Of a DNA stretch of 64,000 nt, positions 58,760 to 64,000 are shown one piece after another (position 1 is the stretch's first letter; each line of letters begins with the position of its first letter). A program made the position numbers and the translations under genes. Source of the stretch: Coprobacter sp. Its GTDB lineage: Bacteria > Bacteroidota > Bacteroidia > Bacteroidales > UBA11471. Below the pieces are notes generated by a model, which made no database searches, was not told where the DNA came from, and saw nothing but the letters and a program-made list of their open reading frames with translations. The stretch is taken from assembly GCA_017462265.1 (NCBI GenBank), contig JAFTRN010000050.1, positions 26,147 to 90,146 on the forward strand, in the 5' to 3' direction.

Positions 58760-59272
58760 TTATCTTTCTGATAGAGTTTGCAACACTCCATGAATGGTAG
58801 TACCACCTGATTGCAATGCCGAAACAACGTTCTTGACGGGAGATTGCAGCAATGCGATAACATCGGCGATAAGTTCGTTTTTGCTCTTGATAGCCACCAA
58901 AGCATCGAGTTGGTCGGCACCATAGAAACTCTCTTCTACGAAAGCGGCCTTGAAGCCCAGTTGATCGTTGTCTTTTTTCAGAGCTTTGATCAATTTGGCA
59001 GGCGCGTTTCCGGTATTGGAAAGCATCAAAGTGGTAGAGCCTTTCAGACTGCCATAGAGCGACGAGTAGTCTCCTTCGAGATTCTCAAGCGCTTTTTTCA
59101 GCAGGGTGTTCTTTACAACCATCAATTTGATATCGTTCTTGAAACACTCACGACGCAATTTCGAAGTTTTTTCGGCATTGAGGGTGGTGGTTTCGGCCAA
59201 ATAGATATGGCTGTATTCTTTCAGAGTTGCGGTAATCTGCTCGATTACTGTACCTTTATCTTCCTTTCTCAT
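58760..59272 (-). CDS. rplJ: 50S ribosomal protein L10
   Basis: The 170-aa protein sits between rplA and rplL and shows the L10 pattern ...LRRECFKNDIKLMVVKNTLL. Confidence 0.95.
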   Translation of the reverse strand: MRKEDKGTVIEQITATLKEYSHIYLAETTTLNAEKTSKLRRECFKNDIKLMVVKNTLLKKALENLEGDYSSLYGSLKGSTTLMLSNTGNAPAKLIKALKKDNDQLGFKAAFVEESFYGADQLDALVAIKSKNELIADVIALLQSPVKNVVSALQSGGTTIHGVLQTLSER

Positions 59273-59286
59273 AATTCCGTCTCTTT

Positions 59287-59985
59287 TTAAATCTCATCTA
59301 CTGATTTCGGTTCGATCTTGATACCCGGACTCATTGTACTCGAAAGATAGATACTCTTCATGTAGGTACCTTTTGCAGTAGCAGGTTTCAGTTTGATAAG
59401 CGTAGCGATAAATTCTTTTGCGTTTTCGCGAATTTGCTCGGGAGCGAACGAAACTTTACCTATCGAGGTGTGAACAATACCGTTTTTGTCAACTTTGAAG
59501 TCGATTTTACCTTGCTTAACCTCTTTTACAGCCTTAGCAACCTCATTGGTTACAGTACCGCTTTTGGGGTTAGGCATCAAACCGCGGGGACCCAATACAC
59601 GTCCGAGTGCACCGATTTTACCCATGATGGCGGGTTGAGTGATGATAACGTCGATATCGGTCCAACCACCTTTGATTTTCTCGATATATTCGTCAAGACC
59701 TACATAATCGGCACCGGCGGCCTTAGCGTCGGCTTCTTGGTCGGGAGTACAGAGGGCAAGTACACGTACTTGTTTTCCGGTTCCGTGAGGAAGCGATACT
59801 ACGCCTCTCACCATTTGATTAGCTTTACGGGGGTCAACACCCAAACGTACGTCGATGTCAACCGAAGCATCAAATTTGGTAAAAGTTATCTCTTTCACCA
59901 ATTGTGCAGCCTCTTTCAGTGAATAGGTTTTCCCTGCTTCAATTTTCTCGAAAGCTAACTTTTGTTTTTTTGTCAGTTTACTCAT
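59287..59985 (-). CDS. rplA: 50S ribosomal protein L1
   Basis: [34 protein letters not shown] matches L1. Confidence 0.97.
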   Translation of the reverse strand: MSKLTKKQKLAFEKIEAGKTYSLKEAAQLVKEITFTKFDASVDIDVRLGVDPRKANQMVRGVVSLPHGTGKQVRVLALCTPDQEADAKAAGADYVGLDEYIEKIKGGWTDIDVIITQPAIMGKIGALGRVLGPRGLMPNPKSGTVTNEVAKAVKEVKQGKIDFKVDKNGIVHTSIGKVSFAPEQIRENAKEFIATLIKLKPATAKGTYMKSIYLSSTMSPGIKIEPKSVDEI

Positions 59986-60000
59986 TTCAATTGAAGTTTA

Positions 60001-60444
60001 TTAGTTATTGGTCGGGAACTCCCCACTTACGGATATACCCATACTTCTTGCTGTACCGGCAACCATCTTCATTGCCGATTCCAAGGTAAAACAATTGAGG
60101 TCAACCATCTTGTCTTCTGCAATCGTTTTTACCTGCTCCCAAGTAATGCTAGCCACTTTTTTACGGTTAGGCTCGGCCGAACCGCTCTTTTGTTTGGTTA
60201 CTTCCAACAATTGAATAGCTACAGGAGGAGTTTTTACAACAAAGTCGAAAGATTTGTCGGCGTAATACGTAATGATTACAGGCAATACCTTACCGGCTTT
60301 GTCTTGAGTACGGGCATTGAATTGCTTGCAAAACTCCATAATATTAATACCCTTGGAACCCAATGCAGGGCCAACGGGGGGAGAGGGGTTTGCTGCACCA
60401 CCTTTAATCTGTAATTTGATTTGTCCAGCAATTTCTTTAGCCAT
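60001..60444 (-). CDS. rplK: 50S ribosomal protein L11
   Basis: [35 protein letters not shown] matches L11. Confidence 0.97.
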   Translation of the reverse strand: MAKEIAGQIKLQIKGGAANPSPPVGPALGSKGINIMEFCKQFNARTQDKAGKVLPVIITYYADKSFDFVVKTPPVAIQLLEVTKQKSGSAEPNRKKVASITWEQVKTIAEDKMVDLNCFTLESAMKMVAGTARSMGISVSGEFPTNN

Positions 60445-60505
60445 TGTTTTTTTGTTTTAGATAGTTAAAACAAGAAAGCATAACAACAATACGTAACCAT
60501 TGTCG

Positions 60506-61048
60506 TTATTCCTTCTCTACTTGCATAAATCCTAATTCCAACGGAGTTTTACGTCCGAAGATTTTAACCATTACCTTGAGTTTCTTCTTCTCGTTGTTCA
60601 CCTCTTCAATGATACCACTGAATCCGCTGAACGGTCCGAAAGTCACCTTCACAGTCTCGCCTACCACATACGGAATGACGATTTCGGGTTCTTCCGCAGC
60701 GCCATCGATAGCACCGAGCATACGGTTCACTTCCGACGGTCTTAACGGATCGGGATTTAACGTCCCACCCAAAAATCCAATTACGTTCGTGGTGTTTCGC
60801 AGACGATGGGGAACCTCACCTACAAGTGTAGCCTCAACAAAAACGTACCCCGGATAGAGATTTCTTTCCTTGAGTACTTTCTTGCCATTGGGGCGCACTG
60901 CATAGACTTTTTCGGTCGGAATCAACACCTGATATACAAAATCGCCAAGGGTGGTGTTCTTGATTTCAGCATCAAGATACTCTTTCACCTTAGCTTCTTT
61001 ACCACTTATGGCACGCAATACGTACCAACCTCTTTTCTGTTCAGACAT
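60506..61048 (-). CDS. nusG: transcription termination/antitermination factor NusG
   Basis: WYVLRAISGKEAKVKEYL is the NGN domain. The C-terminal KOW domain reads GETVKVTFGPFSGFSGIIEEV. Confidence 0.95.
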   Translation of the reverse strand: MSEQKRGWYVLRAISGKEAKVKEYLDAEIKNTTLGDFVYQVLIPTEKVYAVRPNGKKVLKERNLYPGYVFVEATLVGEVPHRLRNTTNVIGFLGGTLNPDPLRPSEVNRMLGAIDGAAEEPEIVIPYVVGETVKVTFGPFSGFSGIIEEVNNEKKKLKVMVKIFGRKTPLELGFMQVEKE

Positions 61049-61063
61049 TGAATTACCTCCGAA

Positions 61064-61258
61064 TTAGAAAATTTTGTCGTAGATAAATTCCATGAGATGC
61101 TCAAAGCCCTGGTCCATCACAAATATTACTACGGCGATAATAAGGGAAGCAAACATAACCACCACAGCACTACTGCTCAGCTCAGCCCGAGTGGGCCAGG
61201 ATACTTTATAAACGAGTTCGTTGTACGACTCTTTTATATTTGCAAGTATTTTTTTCAT
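61064..61258 (-). CDS. secE: preprotein translocase subunit SecE
   Basis: The 64-aa protein has a single transmembrane segment, contains YKVSWPTRAEL, and lies upstream of nusG. Confidence 0.9.
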   Translation of the reverse strand: MKKILANIKESYNELVYKVSWPTRAELSSSAVVVMFASLIIAVVIFVMDQGFEHLMEFIYDKIF

Positions 61259-61274
61259 TGTTATTTCAGATTTG

Positions 61275-61347
61275 CACGGGACGAGAGGCTCGAACTCCCG
61301 ACACCTGGTTTTGGAGACCAGTGCTCTACCAACTGAGCTAGTCCCGT
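61275..61347 (-). tRNA. tRNA-Trp (anticodon CCA)
   Basis: The reverse complement is acgggactagctcagttggtagagcactggtctCCAaaaccaggtgtcgggagttcgagcctctcgtcccgtg. It folds into a clean cloverleaf. Confidence 0.92.
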
Positions 61348-61353
61348 AAACAT

Positions 61354-61396
61354 TGGTAAGCCTCTCGTCTCTATGAGAGGTAAGAGGCTTACCAAA
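61354..61396 (-). terminator. hairpin between tuf and tRNA-Trp (terminator or processing stem)
   Basis: ttggtaagcctct / agaggcttaccaa forms a 13-bp stem. An alternative inner stem is cctctc/gagagg. Confidence 0.55.
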
Positions 61397-61422
61397 GGGA
61401 TTCTATCGACGATTATCGATTA

Positions 61423-62610
61423 TTAGTCCAAGATTTCGGTAATTTGTCCCGAACCTACGGTACGTCCACCTTCACGGATAGCGAAACGCAAACCTACGCT
61501 ACAAGCAACCGGATAGATGAGTTCTACAGCGATAGACACGTGGTCGCCGGGCATTACCATCTCAGTTCCTTCGGGGAGAGTAATCTCACCGGTAACGTCG
61601 AGGGTACGGATGTAGAATTGAGGACGATAGTGGTTGTGGAACGGAGTGTGACGACCACCTTCTTCTTTTTTCAAGATATACACTTGAGCTTTGAAGTTTT
61701 TGTGAGGAGTCACTTGACCCGGGTGGCAGATTACCATACCACGTTTGATTTCGTTTTTGTCGATACCACGAAGGAGGAGACCTACGTTATCACCGGCTTC
61801 ACCTTGATCGAGGAGTTTGCGGAACATTTCCACACCGGTAACAACCGATTTCTTACCTTCAGCACCGAGACCGATGATTTGAACCTCATCACCTACTTTG
61901 ATGATACCGGTTTCGATACGACCGGTAGCAACGGTACCACGACCGGTAATCGAGAACACATCTTCAACAGGCATCAAGAAAGGTTTATCGATGTCGCGCG
62001 GAGGCAGAGGAATCCAAGTATCTACAGCAGCCATGAGCTCCATAACTTTATCCTCCCATTGAGCTTCTCCGTTGAGAGCGCCAAGAGCAGAACCGCGAAT
62101 GATAGGAGTGTTATCGCCATCATATTCGTAAGAAGAGAGGAGTTCACGCATTTCCATTTCAACGAGTTCGAGCATCTCTTCGTCGTCAACCATATCACAT
62201 TTGTTCATGAAAACAACGATACGGGGAACGTTTACCTGACGAGCGAGAAGGATGTGCTCACGAGTTTGGGGCATAGGACCATCGGTAGAAGCTACTACGA
62301 TGATAGCACCGTCCATTTGAGCAGCACCGGTAACCATGTTCTTAACGTAGTCGGCGTGACCCGGGCAGTCTACGTGAGCATAGTGACGATTTTCGGTTTC
62401 ATACTCTACGTGTGAGGTATTAATGGTAATACCACGTTCTTTTTCTTCGGGAGCGTTATCGATTTGATCGAAAGAGCGCAATTCGGAAAGGCCTTTTTTA
62501 GCAAGCACCGTGGTAATAGCAGCGGTCTAGGTAGTTTTACCGTGGTCGTCGTGACCGATGGTACCGATGTTTACGTGCGGCTTAGTCCGTTGAAATTGTT
62601 CTTTAGCCAT
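61423..62610 (-). pseudogene. tuf: elongation factor Tu, interrupted as sequenced by an in-frame TAG at codon 28; codon 21 is GAC (Asp) where the P-loop Val is expected
   Basis: Hand translation from ATG 62610 gives [46 protein letters not shown]... The TAG lies at 62529-62527 and the GAC at 62550-62548. The track ORF (361 aa) merely restarts at the internal GTG, codon 35. The remainder is a fully conserved EF-Tu sequence through ...[17 protein letters not shown]. Confidence 0.9.
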
Positions 62611-62660
62611 AATAGTATTTTTTGTTGTGATTAAGATTTCTCTGTTGTGTATTCACTTAG

Positions 62661-62732
<72 letters not shown>

Positions 62733-62741
62733 ATTTCTTTG

Positions 62742-62814
62742 AGCGGGAAACGGGGCTCAAACCCGCGACCCTCAGCTTGGAAGGCTGATGCTCTATCAAC
62801 TGAGCTACTCCCGC
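62742..62814 (-). tRNA. tRNA-Gly (anticodon TCC)
   Basis: The reverse complement is gcgggagtagctcagttgatagagcatcagcctTCCaagctgagggtcgcgggtttgagccccgtttcccgct. The D-loop reads GA and the T-loop TTT where GG and TTC are usual. This is an apparent 19-56 covariation. Confidence 0.88.
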
Positions 62815-62822
62815 AAAAATCG

Positions 62823-62905
62823 TGGGCGAAGATGGATTCGAACCACCGAAGTCGTAAGACAGCAGATTTACAGTCTGCCCCATTTGGCCACTCTGGTATT
62901 CGCCC
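62823..62905 (-). tRNA. tRNA-Tyr (anticodon GTA)
   Basis: The reverse complement is gggcgaataccagagtggccaaatggggcagactGTAaatctgctgtcttacgacttcggtggttcgaatccatcttcgccca. It has a long variable arm. Confidence 0.9.
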
Positions 62906-62917
62906 TTAAAATTTTAG

Positions 62918-63015
62918 TCTCACCGCACCAACAGAGAAAAAGAAAGATGCCTGCTCCTAAACTTCGCGGGGAGAACTTACACCCGCCTCTACAACCGGAG
63001 GAGCTATCGGTGAGA
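62918..63015 (-). other. structured ~100-nt leader between the operon promoter and tRNA-Tyr (nested helices)
   Basis: Three nested pairings are visible: tctcaccg (62918-62925) with cggtgaga (63008-63015), gctcct (62953-62958) with aggagc (62999-63004), and gcggg (62966-62970) with cccgc (62982-62986). Confidence 0.4.
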
Positions 63016-63023
63016 AACGGGTG

Positions 63024-63031
63024 CAAATTTA
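63024..63031 (-). promoter_or_regulatory. -7 promoter box (TAAATTTG on the minus strand) with a TTTG 18 nt upstream, for the tRNA-tuf operon
   Basis: The minus strand reads tttTTGcagtttaaaaataatgccTAAATTTGcac. Confidence 0.5.
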
Positions 63032-63071
63032 GGCATTATTTTTAAACTGCAAAAATATTTCCAAGTTTTTT

Positions 63072-63374
63072 TTACTTGACACGCATTTTTTCTTTACTTT
63101 TCTGCAATTGGCGCACCAGCGCATCGAGCGCTAAATCGACAGCCTCCTCAAAAGTATCGGCCACTTTCGACGAGAAAAGGTCTTCAGTCTTAGGCACTGA
63201 CAGCTTCACACCGACCTCTTTATTTTGTGCCGTTTCGGGTTTCAGTACTTTCAGAGTGATTTCGGCCGTCATTATATCGTCACTATAGCGCGAGAGCTTT
63301 TCCACTTTCTTCTGAATAAATTTTTCGAGTTGTTCCGATGCGTCGAAATGAATGGATTGAATTCTAATTTCCAT
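63072..63374 (-). CDS. hpf: ribosome hibernation promoting factor (HPF/RaiA family)
   Basis: MEIRIQSIHFDASEQLEKFIQKKVEKLSRY...VGVKLSVP...DTFEEAVDLALDALVRQL fits the HPF pattern. Confidence 0.85.
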   Translation of the reverse strand: MEIRIQSIHFDASEQLEKFIQKKVEKLSRYSDDIMTAEITLKVLKPETAQNKEVGVKLSVPKTEDLFSSKVADTFEEAVDLALDALVRQLQKSKEKMRVK

Positions 63375-64000
63375 AAAAACCTCCTTTTTTAGCGGCTCGC
63401 GGGTGAGCCTGTTTGTAATTATATTTAAGTTCTTCGAACGTTATATGCGTATATACCTGCGTCGATGCAAGCGAGCTATGACCCAGCAACTCCTTCACAC
63501 TGTTCAACTCGGCCCCATTATTGAGCATAGCCGAAGCAAAAGTGTGTCGCAACACGTGCGGGCTGCATTGCGCGAGGGTTGTCACCTCCCCCAATCGCTG
63601 ATGCACCAGCCGTTGCACGAACATCGGATACAGAGGCTCACCATCATCTTTAACAAAAAAGGCGTCACAATCGTTCCCCACCGTCTTCCGACGCACCGCC
63701 CTATATTCGGCGATCATCTCGGCCAATTCGTCACCAAAAGGCACCACACGTTGCTTATTACGCTTACCCGTCACCTTCAACCGGCGCGCCGCAGTATCCA
63801 CATCTATATCGTGCAAACCGATAAGCTCGGCCCGTCGGATACCCGTCATATATAATAATGATATTATTAATTTATCGCGTATGGCGGTAAAATTATCATT
63901 CGGTACATTCTCGTCGAGCAGCACGTCCATTTCGGTCGGACGAGCAAACGAAGGCAATCGTTTTTTTACCTTTGGCAACGAAATATCCTGCAAAAGGATC
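63364..64000 (-). CDS. tyrosine recombinase XerC/XerD-like; the N-terminus lies beyond the window end
   Basis: The C-terminal catalytic region has ...GIRRAELIGL..., HVLRHTFASAMLNNGAELNSVKELLGHSSLASTQVYTHI (R-H-R-Y residues). The frame stays open to base 64000, and the track start at 63993 is only a TTG. Confidence 0.85.
   Translation of the reverse strand, partial: ILLQDISLPKVKKRLPSFARPTEMDVLLDENVPNDNFTAIRDKLIISLLYMTGIRRAELIGLHDIDVDTAARRLKVTGKRNKQRVVPFGDELAEMIAEYRAVRRKTVGNDCDAFFVKDDGEPLYPMFVQRLVHQRLGEVTTLAQCSPHVLRHTFASAMLNNGAELNSVKELLGHSSLASTQVYTHITFEELKYNYKQAHPRAAKKGGFYGN

Noticed and set aside
61444-62415. A 323-aa plus-strand ORF opposite tuf
   Set aside because: It is a shadow ORF of the highly conserved EF-Tu frame and has no recognisable motif.
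62906-63023. A fourth tRNA (thrU-like tRNA-Thr TGT) upstream of tRNA-Tyr
   Set aside because: No GTTCRANNC T-loop, no 7-bp acceptor pairing and no 7-nt anticodon loop could be drawn. The region is reported instead as a structured leader.

Overview
The window looks like a Bacteroidales (Bacteroidota) chromosome segment. This is inferred from gene content, TAnnTTTG promoter boxes, and the T9SS and BamA/Skp architecture. All family calls come from hand reading of the translations and remembered motifs. No database search was run. Most of the window is conserved housekeeping sequence. From the left: the 3' part of a DUF5103/T9SS-plug-like gene, folB, a bactofilin gene, then ruvA-sprA. An envelope cluster follows: lpxH, murI, two skp/ompH genes, bamA and uppS. 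After that come ribD, prmC, recX, comF, pyrE and argH, then tRNA-Leu, mntP, trpS and an ABC-F ATPase. The right end holds the classical block of xerC-like gene, hpf, tRNA-Tyr/Gly/Thr, tuf, tRNA-Trp, secE, nusG, rplKAJL and rpoBC, all on the minus strand. The accessory or unusual content is as follows. (1) A visibly AT-rich defence island lies at about 1.88-6.48 kb between the bactofilin gene and ruvA. It holds an AbiEii-type nucleotidyltransferase toxin with an atypical HigA/XRE-type partner, preceded by a 30-bp perfect palindrome. It also holds a three-gene operon: a GmrSD-like DUF262/DUF1524 enzyme with an unexplained ~190-aa C-terminal extension, a HARE-HTH protein, and a 69-aa ORF. (2) The essential tuf gene, as given, has an in-frame TAG at codon 28 and a Val->Asp change in the P-loop. 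The rest of the gene looks undecayed. (3) Two copies of a ~390-bp MITE-like element sit about 17 kb apart in opposite orientations, with terminal inverted repeats and a ~112-bp near-identical core. (4) A family of ~55-60-bp intergenic repeats has at least four clear copies, mostly just 5' of gene starts. (5) A T9SS-exported PL11 rhamnogalacturonan lyase is fused to autotransporter-type repeats, with a PEGA/beta-barrel partner gene. (6) A zinc-related cluster contains ZIP, ZnuA/ZnuC without a permease, and a CDF gene. No CRISPR array, rRNA or transposase gene was seen.
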